Shown here in pieces: positions 13,501-23,909 of a stretch of DNA of 64,000 bases. Each line of letters opens with the position of its first letter. Within the stretch, counting starts at the first letter, position 1. The notes beneath the pieces are model-generated. The model made no database searches and was not told the DNA's origin. It saw only the letters and a program-made list of their open reading frames with translations. The translations under genes and the position numbers were made by a program. The DNA comes from Raillietiella orientalis (taxonomy: Eukaryota): assembly GCA_036172245.1 (NCBI GenBank), contig JAYWIR010000011.1:4092001-4156000 (forward strand), in the 5' to 3' direction.

Positions 13501-15289
13501 GAAGTTCGACAACCTGGAGGAGGAGATGAGGAAGCTGAGGAATAATCTGCAAGGTCTCCGGGGGGTCCTTCCCTTAGCGCGCGACTTGCCCCTCCCCGCT
13601 CCGGCCAACCTCGTCGCCCCTTGGAAGCATCAAGGCTCGGAGCGGGGAAGGGGCAAGCGCGAGCAGGAACCCAGGGAGTCACCCACCGGCTCCCCTCCCG
13701 ACGCCGCGTCCATTCCAGAATGCGAGGAAAAGGTCCGGGAGATCGTTCAGGATAACATGGCCACTTTCGTGGGCAAGATGGAGGAGTTCCTGCTCTCGGG
13801 CGAGTGAAGCGCACGGCCCCGGGGGGTCACGGCGAACGCAGCGGCCGGCGCCCATCTCCAAGGATGGGTCGGTGGTGGAAGGCTCGCCTTGCGCGCGCAG
13901 AGGAAGGGCCGCTGGCCATCACCTTCCCCCTCCCCCCGATGTTCCCCTCAGACCGGTCGGAAAATTCAGGGGGGTCCCCGGAGAATGCCACGGAGAGCCG
14001 GGCCGGCGCGGGAGGGGTTGGGAAGGAGAAGGGGGGAGGAGCAAGTCTTCCTCTCGCAGGCGTCCCCTAGATCGGTCGCCGGGGTGCCCGGAGGCGGAGG
14101 AGAGACCCGCCCGGAGACCGCAGCACAACTTCTCAGCTGTGCTGCGGTCTCCGGCGACCGACCTTGAGGACGCCTCCGGGCAGAAGGTTCACTCCTCCGC
14201 CTCTGGGCACCCCGGAGACCGACCCGGGGGACGCCTCCAGGAGGAGAGGGTCGCTGCACACGGAAGTGGCAGTGCTCCTGGGGCGCCTCGCTGCGGGAAG
14301 GAGGGTGAGAGCAGGGGTTGCTCAGCGCAGTGGTGGTCTCGTGAACCGGGATGCTGCGTTCCAGCCGCGGGAACCATGGACGACCTGGAGCAGAGCATGC
14401 TCCGCTGCAAAGCCCGGTAAGCCCCTCCGAGACCTCCTTTCCCTCCCTTACAGCATGCAGGTTCCAGGAGCTGCTGCGGTTCTACGTGTTCAGCTGCCGC
14501 GCCTCCAGGGACGCGCCGTACGAGTTTTTTTCGCTGTGGCTGCCCTTCTGCGTGAGCTTCAAGGACATCTGGAAGAGGGAGCTGTCCGGAGAGAAGAGGG
14601 AGGGGGTGCCCCGACGCTCGATCGCGAGGAGGTGATAGAGGGAAGGAGCGAGAGGACCGGTGAGTCAGCCTCACTCCCCCCTTTCGCGAGATCGGCACGC
14701 ACTCGCTGGGTGCGGGCTCCGGAGCGTGCGGTCCGGGAAGACGCTCGTTCCAGTCGTCGCCGAGGACTCGCTCGTGAACCGGGATGCTGCGTTCCAGCCC
14801 GGGGCGAAAACCCTTTAGAGGGTCAGGGAGGGGGGGGGGAGGGCATACAATGCCTCCCCCTTCCCTCTGCCTCTCCCTGTCTCTCGTCCCTCGAAATGGG
14901 AACGATGAGCTCCCTTGCTGACGGGCGTGGCTTCCGCTTCCAGGCGACTCCCACCTCTTCCTCCTCCTCCTCCTCTTGACCGGGCGTCCCGTGCTACGAC
15001 CCAGCTCGGGAGACCGCAACCCCCGGAGTTGCGCGTGCCGCCTTCCCCGAATTCCGCAGCCGGGCCCGACCCTGGGTGGGAACATCCCCTGAGGGGCTCA
15101 TCTGCTCACCTGGATGTGACTGCTGTTGACTTCCGCGCGCGACTGCGCGCGCATCCCTCGCTTCGGATTCGAACGGGGGCGAGCCCGGAGAGGGCACTGA
15201 ACTCCCCATGCGCAACGTGGGGTGCGAGGGGGGGGGAGGAAGCGGAGAGCTGTCCCCGCTTCCTCCTCCTCCAAGTGAAAACTCAGTGA
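7525..15289 (+). CDS. capu: Formin, FMN/Cappuccino subfamily (FH1 + FH2), multi-exon
   Basis: FH2 exons: 10175 (or 10104)-10304 (KPAHPDRVPMKPLFWDRI), 11145-11301, 11998-12085 (VIKVLDSKRSQAVGIL), 12146-12210, 12261-12343 (LDRPEQ), 13045-13369 (LGNRMNEG..RGQADGFDLQILSRLQDVKS), 13427-13553, 13719-13799, 14365-14416, 14461-14631 (FCVSFKDIWKRE); phases are consistent. FH1 exon 7945-8644 (or -8663). The 5' exons 7525-7613, 7677-7759, 7787-7881 and the last exon 14944-15289 are tentative; if the 14632 donor is not used the frame stops at 14635. Confidence 0.88.
8032..8607 (+). repeat. Coding minisatellite, 12 x 48 bp (16-aa unit PPAIAKPSLPPKPPxM), forming the formin FH1 region
   Basis: Directly visible recurrence of ccccagcgattgctaagccatc(c/t)cttccacc every 48 nt. 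Confidence 0.95.
11655..11880 (+). repeat. Polypurine (GA-rich) low-complexity tract in a formin intron
   Basis: About 220 nt, almost only G and A on the + strand. Confidence 0.8.
12647..12880. repeat. Dispersed ~230-bp repeat, copy 1 (formin intron)
   Basis: gcagagcaaagggaggaatgtgggtggatgccagg...ggggctgcggatg...tcttccaagatgga is shared with 15547-15760. Confidence 0.85.
14058..14236. repeat. Nested inverted repeat (fold-back) in the GC-AG formin intron
   Basis: Perfect 17-bp stem 14111-14127/14138-14154; outer arms 14073-14102/14192-14221 (2 mismatches) and 14058-14067/14227-14236. Confidence 0.85.
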
Positions 15290-15546
15290 CGGGTGGTCAT
15301 CCGAGAAGGAGCGTTCGGGGATGGGGCCTTTGGTGCACTCGCCGTCCCATTGACCGCCGAGAAGAATTCCTACCGACCCCACTGTCGCTAACTCGTGTCA
15401 AGGGCGGTGGGGAGCCGCTCGTCTTGCGACCGTCTCTTCCTCTCGACCTTCCGTTTAAGGTCAGGGTTTTGGGAAGCGCGGGTCGGCCGAAGACCCTCGG
15501 CCTGCCCCCGGAGCAGGACCGGGCTTGACCCCGTGCTCCGAAGGTG

Positions 15547-15760
15547 GCAGAGCAAAGGGAGGAATGTGGGTGGATGCCAGGAATCGTGGGGCTGCGGATG
15601 ACTCCTCCCGTCTTCCAAGATGGAGCCGGGTGGGGTGGGGCCGGGCCGAGCCTCAGGGAGGTGCTCCCGCGACGGGCAGCGCGCCCCATGCGAGTTGAAG
15701 GAGCTCGAGAAACGCAACCAGCAGGGCTCCAGAGTCCTGTCATCTTTCAGGGACCCTCAG
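15547..15760. repeat. Dispersed ~215-bp repeat, copy 2 (downstream of the formin CDS)
   Basis: Diverged direct copy of 12647-12880. Confidence 0.85.
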
Positions 15761-15989
15761 CGCCCCCTTGCAGGGTCTCGAGGGTATCACCCCTCTTCGG
15801 GGCAGGAAGCGCTCCTCGACCTTTGCTCGGCGGCTCTGCTGAAGGCGGCGCGGTGACCTGCTGCTTTTTCAGAAGACTCTCTTCAAATGATGCCTCGACG
15901 CTGCTGCTGCTGCCGGGTTCGCCGAGAGGTTTCTCTATTTAAAAAAAATAAAAGACATGAAATACATAAAATAGTGCAAAGTCTTCGCA

Positions 15990-18300
15990 TTGGCCGATGG
16001 ACCTATCGACGGACCTAACCTACCGGACCTACCACTATTTCAAACTTGCCGGGAATGCGGTGCTCAGACCGGGAACGGTGGTCTCGACAGCAGAGGGAAG
16101 GGGAAGGAACAAAACAGAATAAAAGCAACAGACCGAGAGGGAAGGCACAGGAAGGAGGGCGGGGGGACCCACAGCCATCTGGGACCCTTTCTACTGCATC
16201 TTCTCGATGATGCCGTCAAGCTTTCTTGCATGCTCGTCAGGTGGCTCCATCTCGTCGCCCCTCCGCAAAAAAAAAAGGTAGGGAGAAGTTGATGACGTCC
16301 CCGGTGCGGCCTCCTCGTCTGGCGTAGTTCGAGTTCGTCGCAGTCCGCGTAGGCAGCAAAGGGCTGCTGGAGATGCGGGCCGCGACAATGAGTCGCGCAC
16401 GCTAAGAGGGGTTTCCGTACGTCCCTGGAATCGCCACGTGGGGTATGGAGGGTCGCCGCCTCAGGCCGTTTCCTCAACGGTCGCGCAGAGCGAAGCAGTC
16501 CACCAGCAGGTGCGGGAGGGATTTGAGTTTCCACGCAACCGCTGCAGTTTGGGAAGACACTCGGGTTAGATGATGTCGGCGGATGATGATGATGCTCCCA
16601 GGGCAACAGCAGAAGCGCCAGCTCCCCACCTTCCTTGAGATGGAGGACGTGGTTGTTCGGGAGCGCTAGGGGTCGCCATTCGACATCTTCACGGAGGAAT
16701 TCTCGGCAGCTCACCCCGGAGCAAGAGTCCTTTAGCTGGGAGACGCGGGGTTGCAGCGTCTTTCGCATTCTTTCACACTGCTGCGGGGGAGGAGTCGACT
16801 GCCGCTGCCTTCCGTGGGCACCCCGAAACGGCGAATCCCGGAAGCCGCGTTCCCTCTCCGAATCGTGGAGCGCGAGCGAGGGTTCCTTATCCCACCTGCG
16901 ACCCTCCTCCCCCTCCTCCTTCCTTCCTCCTTCTCCTCCCGCGCGTGTGGACCTGTGTGTCCGCTCCAGCTTCCATCCGGTCCTGACCTTCCAGGTCACA
17001 GCAGCCGGTCAGCGAGTCAGTCGGCTCGCACCGCCTGTGTCGGGGTCCTCAGGGATCCAGAAAATCCGGAGCGGAAGCACAACGGGGCCGAACGCCCCTA
17101 CGGGCATGTGGGCGTTCACCAAACCTGCACGTTTTGCAGGTGCTGCTGAGGATGCGGAGAGAAATCGGCTTCCCTCCCTTCCGGCATGAAGGTGCCCTGG
17201 TTCTCCCTGCAAAAATGGTGAAGCTGCACGCGAACAGCCCCGCACCTCAGCTGGAAGATTCCCTGTTTGTTCCCCCCACATCACCACGCTGCATGCGACT
17301 CGGGGATAAAAGTATCTGTGGGAATGGCCGCGTCCTGGAACACAACCTGGAGAAATGGAAATGCCTTTGGGAATTGCTGTGGCGCTCCTGCTGCCTGCTG
17401 CATGTAAGTCCTGCGCCGAGAGCTCCCCGGCTGTTCCAGACTCGAAGTCCTGCTGCCGGGGACCGCATCCCAAGAAGATGCGGCAAGCATCCCTTCCGCG
17501 TGGTTTCACTGGCACGCGCCCGTTCACCCGATGCTGCTGCACGCTTAGTAGGGACCTCCGCGCATGGGAAAGTCCTCGATGTTGCTGCGGATGCGATGGG
17601 GAACACCTCCGTGATGTCGCCTTGAATGTGATGTTTCATCAGGTGTAGCTGCTGCCTCTGGTACCGAAGAGTTCCTCCGTCCGAGCTTTCCTGGAGAAGT
17701 GCTGGAGATTCGAGAAAAGTTCAAGTGAGGGGAAACTGGAACCGTGCGCAGCATCACTAACTCTGGCTGCATCCCTGCCCTCCAGCTCTGTCCGTGATGC
17801 TTTCAACCAGACCGTCGATATCCTGGATGCGATACAACCTCATTGCGAGCTTGCGCTGAATGCACAGGAAATTTCCCAGGCGTTCCTCGAGCTGGGTCCA
17901 CTCTTCTTTGGGATGCTGCGGGATTTTTTCCTTCTGAGGATGGCGGTTGTACGTGAGGCCTTGATTACCATCACCTGGTAAGTTCTGTCCCTGCGTCTTT
18001 ATCCGAAGAGCTGTGAGATTAGCAGCTTCGCCCAATTGCGGAAAAACAGTGGTGGTTGAAACTCTTCCGCGGTTGAGGAAATTGGCGGATGGTGTGTTCT
18101 TCGCTCTCCTTTCGGTGCGCCGCTCGTGAGCGAAGAGTTCGGAAATTGTGGTGCGGTCGAATGAGCGCCAAAGTGGAAGGCCAAAGTCCCTTCCCGGAAA
18201 GGGGCCATGTGATGGGACGATGGAATTCCTTCGGGGATTCTTTTCTGTCTTCGCTGTTTCCCTTTCAGCCTTTTTTTTGGTCACGCCCCTGGCAGTGGCT
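15990..18300 (-). mobile_element. Decayed L1/Tx1-like LINE, copy A (RT + C-terminal zinc knuckle + 3' UTR)
   Basis: Colinear degenerate motifs on the minus strand: PFPGRDFGLP (about 18200, PGPDG-like), APKGE..HPPIS (about 18100, PK..RPIS-like), RTVPVSPHLNF (about 17740, RQG.PLSP-like), HIQGDITEVF (about 17615, YADD-like), LALLLL.W..PNCSGC..SLPHLLVDC (16620-16490, zf-RVT-like). The 3' region is shared with copies B-D. Possible APE remnant further upstream at 19050-19350. Confidence 0.65.
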
Positions 18301-18349
18301 CACGGAGCTCTTTGACATTCTTCCACGCCACCTGAGGGTGCGCGCAGTT

Positions 18350-19000
18350 CTACAGGATGGGGGGTACCTCTGGAGTGGACCGCCCTATGAATCCAGGAAG
18401 GCCTCATGGTCCGTTCCTCTCACGCCTGGGGAGGGATCCCCCGGAATGGAGACCACCTCCACCCTGGTTGTCACCGAAGGGGAACCCCGAAGGGAAGCTC
18501 CTTCCTTATTGTCTCTGGAGGGACTCCTGGAGGGGGTCCGCTTCAGGTTTTCTTCTCCGAAGGGAACCCGGAAAGGATCCCCTATCGGGAGTTCCTTCTC
18601 CGGAGGGACCTCTCCGGGAAGGGAACCTCTCCTGTTTACTCCTTTGAAGAGAACCTCGAAGGGACGCTTCCCGATTTCTCTCTGAAGGGCAGCTCCCCGA
18701 AAGGAGCAGAGCGCTTCCCTGCACTCTCTGGACAGGTGGGACACACCTACTCCGTCCGAAAGACGCGGAGGGGTCCCCCACACTGGGAAGTCCGCTTTCC
18801 TTTGCACAACCGGAGGGGGAACTCCCCACTCCTTCATCTCTGGAAGGACCCGCAGGCAGACTCCGCATTGTTCCGGTCCTCATGGGGGGTACATCCGGTT
18901 TTGAACGCTACCGGCGTCGCACCCGAATGAATGGAGGCCAACCAGCATCATCTCGCGGGTGGAACCCGAACCCACGACGCACCCCGATCTCTCGGCGCCG
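18350..19000 (-). repeat. SINE-like/unknown GC-rich repeat related to 21930-22700 and 20400-20480
   Basis: tccggagggacctctccgggaagggaacc...gagaacctcgaagggacgcttc aligns by eye with tccggagggacatccccggaagaggacc...gagaaccccgaagggacgtttc (21961-22035). Degenerate B-box-like head gcgtcgtgggttcgggttccacc on the minus strand near 18960-18980. Confidence 0.5.
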
Positions 19001-20649
19001 ATTCATTTCGGAGTATTCGAACTCGCGACGCTTGGTGGTGCCACGCGCGGAGACCGTGACCACGTGGCCTCCGACGCTCGCAGTATTCTAAGAAGTTCCC
19101 CGTCAGCTTCGGTTATCGTCAACTTGCTACCAGAAGAGGTCGGAACTGCGTGCTTCGAGACTGAGGGACTCGCTGCTCCTCCCGATGCGAAGGCCGTGCT
19201 GACTCATCCATCTGTTTCCCTCCCGGCGGTGCTGTGCGATGCGTCATACGCAGTTGCGCGGACTGGGTTGTCGTCAGCGACGACTGGGAACCGGGCGGAG
19301 AGATGAATCCCTGAGATGAGTGCTTTTTCCAGCATGAGTAGGTGGGAAGACTGTTTCGCTCGAGCGAAACACGGGGAAGGAAGGAGCCCCTGGAAGCTGC
19401 ATTCGGCTTCTTCGCACCGTTCGTGTTGTCGGGAGAACGTCCAGATGACCGCCCAGAATGCTCTGAGATGCGCGACACGACACTCGCGAGCCACAGGAAC
19501 CACGCATTCCGCATCTTCTCGACAAATCGCGATCTTTTTTCTATTCCAGCGGCGCATTACGTGTTTTTATCTTACTGTTCGTGTTATTCGTCGAGTTTCT
19601 GCTGTGCCTAATGCGCCACCTGTTGAAAAATCCGGTCGATTGCCTCAAGCTGATTCCGATACTGATCTATCTTGTCTACGGCTGGAGAAGATACCTCGAG
19701 AAATTAGGGGAAAAGTAAAGATGTCCTCCGAAGAACGTGGGTTACGTCGCCATTCTAGATTCCAATACGGCTGACCGTCGGAACTGTTACCAAACAAGCA
19801 GGGGAAAAAAAAAAAAACTCTTTTCATTGTGCCAACTTGGGCTTGTTGCGGGTGAAGAGCGCCATCGAAGTGAGTGCTCTCGTAACGGAACGTCAGGGCC
19901 GCCATGCTGACGAGGAGACAAGCCGGAAGTGCGAGTGCAGTTGAGGTTGACCCTTGCCTTACCTTGCGGACCTCCCTGCGGCGTTTCGTCCTGTGCCCCG
20001 TCGTTCAAAAGTGGTCCATCCAAGGAAGATCGCCATGGGTGTGCTAGATGGAAAGGTGGTCGCCGAGCTGCCGAAAGTGAGAGCGGCGTCCACGCGAGCA
20101 TGCCCCACGGAGCCTTTTCGAATGTCCAGTGAGCTGGCTGGAGAGTGGGTGACCGCGAACCTGCAGGTCAGTCGTCCCGTGAAAGCTATGCGTCGCCGAT
20201 GTGTGATGCGTCGACATGCCCGAAATTTCGTGGGGCTCATCCTTTGGGGTTCTTCTGCTTCCGCTGCTTCCCTTCTAGCTCTTTTTTTCTTTTTTTTCCG
20301 GGTTCACTGAGCACTCATGAACCGTCCTCCCCGGGGCTCACGAAACTCTTCGACTATGCTCTACTCCACTCGAGGGTGCATATTGACTCTTCGAATGTAA
20401 GGGGGGGGGGGTGCTCCGGGATAGGGACTATCCTATGAATTCAGAAAGGAATCCGAATCCGCCCCTTGCGATTGGGAGGGACCTCCGATTTCGGTCCGGG
20501 CACTTGTCTCCGGACACTTGTCCTTCCGGAAGGAGCACAAGAGGTGGGAGGCAAGTCCTACCTCTTATGATCGAAAGGTGAGAAGATGAGGTCTCCTCCT
20601 CGGATACGTATGACCACCTTGGCGATGGAGAACGGCTGGATACCCCGCC

Positions 20650-21190
20650 AACTCGAGAGCCTGGCTGGAGGATGCAGTTGGCACGTGGGCGAAGATGAAC
20701 GAGCCGAACTCCGAAGAATGGCATCCACGCCCGCTGCCCAATGAGGAAGATCCTGGAGAGTCTCAGCATGAGCGCGTGGGGGGAGCGCGCCCTCCTCGCG
20801 GCAACGATGCCCTTCCTAAGGAGGGCACTTGGCAGCAGCCAACCGCCGAGGTGGGGAGTCTGCAGCTAGATCGCAGGCAGGAGGAAGCTCATGAGTGGAT
20901 GGACCATGGGACAGCTGGCGGATGCTGCGACCCCGAGTGCCCTTACGCGAGGACTACAGCTCTGGGGAGAGCTGCTCGATAAGACCTGGAAAGGCTCAAG
21001 AACGGCAGCGCTCTCCTCCTGAAGTGGCAGGGGTTGGCACTTCTGCTGTTGCACTGGAGTCTTCCCTACAACTCCCACCGACACCACTGGACGCTGGGGA
21101 GGACGAGCCCGGTCTGTCGCAGTGTGAGTAGGCAAGGAGATCCCTCCCGCACTTGCTCGCGGACCGTGTTGCCCCTCTGACGCTTATGGG
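20650..21190 (+). mobile_element. Decayed LINE fragment, copy E (ORF2 C-terminus)
   Basis: LALLLLHWSLPYNSHRHHWTLG..PVCRS..SLPHLLAD matches the zinc-knuckle segment of copies A and C. Confidence 0.65.
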
Positions 21191-21224
21191 AATGTTTTGG
21201 AACGACCCTACGGACCGTGGCTTA

Positions 21225-21870
21225 TCACCCGGATTTGCCGAGACATTCATTATGAAAAAATTGTAATAAAAGTCCTGACGTGGTACAAAATCGTGGTAGA
21301 ACAACTCGTTGGTTTTCTACCACGTGCGAAGGACTTTCTAAAACCTGCACGCACACCGGTGAAGTCCGCTCCAGCAGAGAAGGGGGAGGGAAAAACAAAC
21401 AAAAACAAACAAGAAGAAAAAAAAAGGGGGGGGGGGATGGGAAAGTCTTTCGGGGAAAGGGGGGCTGGGAAGGGATCACCATTCGCCTGGAGACGTCCTC
21501 TGCATCCTGTTCAGGATGCTGACAAGTTCTGCATTCTTTGGTTGCAGTTGGGGCCATCGAGGAGCGGTCTTAGGGAAGATTTTTGTCCAGGGGATGGTAT
21601 CCCTGCTATGGTAGCCCATTATTCTGGCGTTCCAGCTCGCCGCAATTACGCGGGCACAGCAGAGAACTGCTGGAGATGCGGCCAGCGTCAGGGCGTCACG
21701 CAGGAAGAGGCGCCGGAAAATATTCTTCGGGTCGTCTACCGGGATTTTAAGGATCCACGAGAGTCGATCCCAAAGGGCTCAGAGGCCGACACAGTCTATT
21801 AATAGGTGAAGAGAAGGAGACATTCTCTCCGCAACTTCGCAATCGGCATCCGTACTCCCCCGCGTCTAAT
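21225..21870 (-). mobile_element. Decayed LINE 3' end, copy B
   Basis: The reverse complement aligns by eye with 28400-29005, including the 3' UTR pyrimidine tract and terminal stem-loops. Confidence 0.75.
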
Positions 21871-21929
21871 GATGGAGGCCTGGAACTGACTCCCCGATGT
21901 AACACGAGCAACGACCCCTCTTGCCACTT

Positions 21930-22700
21930 GGTAGCGGCAAGAGGCACTACAAGTGTTCCCTCCGGAGGGACATCCCCGGAAGAGGACCGCTCCTTGTTGG
22001 TGCTCTTTTGGAGAGAACCCCGAAGGGACGTTTCTGGATTTTTTCGAAGGGGCTCCCCCCCCCTAAGGGAAGCAGCGCTTCTTGGACACTCTGGAGAGGC
22101 AACCCCCGAGGGGGTTGTCAACCGGCTCCATGGTAATGGCTCCTCCCTTTTCTCCACCGTGGGGTAGCCGCGAAGGGGGCCGGTGAGCTCCTTGGTTCCT
22201 GGGAGACACGCCGGAGGGTCGACTCCCAATCCCGGCCACTCGACGGAGACAGCCGAATTCCACCCGCATCGCTGCCGCCACCCGAACAGACCAGCTGGCG
22301 TCATCTTGCGGGGGAACGAGAAACCAGAGGTGCTCCTCCCGCTCTCGCGGCTGCGCACTGGAAGAATTCCTGCCGCTCCAGCCCCAAGAATGCCGCCCGA
22401 CTTTTCTCCCTTCTGGCAGCGTCGAGTGCATTTTTCCCGTTACCCAACGGGCACGCTGCATGCAACACTACCATTCTGCTGTCCTTTCGGAGCACTACAT
22501 CCGGTCTCAATGAAGGTTCCACTCCTGGGAATGAAGGATGGGGGAGGGGGACGAGGCGACCTCTTTCTGTCTGCTTTTCCCCTGTCTGCCCAGCGAAAAT
22601 CACCCCGAATTCGCGCCGGAGGCGTTTGGAAGCTGCGCGTCGTCTAGCCGTCTATCGTTCCCCGGGCGAGATTCGAACCCGCGACGCCCAGTGCAAGCAC
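21930..22700 (-). repeat. SINE-like repeat with a Pol III B-box-like head
   Basis: The minus strand reads gcgtcgcGGGTTCGAATCtcgcccgg (about 22662-22687). Body 22530-22645 is shared with 25125-25248, and the distal part with 18590-18730. No full tRNA cloverleaf seen. Confidence 0.5.
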
Positions 22701-23531
22701 GCGCGCGCGCGGAGGTCTCCGGAATGTTCGGTCGGCAGTTCCGTTCTGGCGCTTCCTCAGTGAGGGAGGCCCTCTTTCGCTTTGTTGCAGAGCCGTTTAT
22801 CCCCGCAAGGGATGCAGTTCGTTGGGGAGAGAGCTCGGGCCTCAGCTTCCCCTTTTTCCGACACGCAGAGTTTTCATCCTCATCGGGACAGAAGCACCTC
22901 CGCTTCACTGGAGCCATCGCTCCGGCGAGCAGGAGTGGACCGGTCTCACCCTGCATCCTTCGAGGAGCGTCTTCATCCTTCTCGAAGAGTCGGCGCGAGG
23001 AGGACCAGGAACTCCGGCGGGCCCGCCACGTCTCCCAGTGCGCGCGGGGCGAAGGGAGAAGTGGAAACGGGAACCCCTGCACTCTGGTGGGCGTCGCAGA
23101 GGCAGCCGCGGGTTCGGTGGCATCTTCCAAAGAGCGGTTTCACTATCTGCCGCGAAAGAGCTGGTCCGAAGAGGAGGGCGCCGCCACGCGCCAACGAAGC
23201 GGGCGTGGCTGCCGGAGCGGGAGGTGCAACCTCTACGCAGGGGGTTCCGTCTCTTCGCCAAGAGCACCTTCGAGACGCTGAAGAATCTCCATCCCTTAGG
23301 GAGCCTCCTGATGCCGGATGAACGACTCGAGGGTGCGGTTTCCAATGGGACGATTAGCGCCAGCGAGCGCGCACTTCCCGCTGTACTGCTGTTACGCCCG
23401 CGATAATCCACGGGGACGCACCTTCGGCGACGACATTGCGAGCACCCTGAGTGCACGTGAGGAAGACGCATGTTGCCAGGGGGGTGGGTCGTTTATTGTA
23501 GGGAGATTGCTTGAGAGGGGAGAGGCACCTC

Positions 23532-23909
23532 TTAGACAGATGCCCAGTTCTTCCCGGCAGCTCCCTGAACGTTTTGATTCCTGATGCTGACGGCCGACTG
23601 GATGAGGTGGACGAAGCTCTTCAGCAGGGACGCGCACTCGGCTTCCCTACTACTAGAACTCCCACTCTCCGGGCCAGGAGTCCTGCTCTTGAGGAAGACT
23701 TGGCACTCGCGCAGCGTCTCCGCCATCAGCGACTGCTCCGTTCTCCGCTCGTCGTCGCAGCCGTCCGCCCCTGAGGCCGCCGCGGCGCTGCGATCGCCAG
23801 CGAGGAAGGGCGGGGCGGCGGAGGCTTCGCTCGCGGCTTCGGCTGGCAGGATCGATCCCGGCAACGACGCCAGCAGCGCCGCAATCGGGAGGAGCGTCAG
23901 GATCTGCAT
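23532..23909 (-). CDS. Putative secreted orphan protein (125 aa; may be one exon of a larger gene)
   Basis: MQILTLLPIAALLASLPGSILPAEA is signal-peptide-like. The ATG is in a ggaaccATG context just downstream of a pyrimidine-rich ttttgcag acceptor. No recognisable family. Confidence 0.35.
   Translation of the reverse strand: MQILTLLPIAALLASLPGSILPAEAASEASAAPPFLAGDRSAAAASGADGCDDERRTEQSLMAETLRECQVFLKSRTPGPESGSSSSREAECASLLKSFVHLIQSAVSIRNQNVQGAAGKNWASV

Noticed and set aside
22655..22740. tRNA gene (GGTTCGAATC on the minus strand)
   Set aside because: No acceptor stem, D arm or anticodon arm; treated as a SINE-like head. The same applies to B-box-like words near 15170 and 57630.
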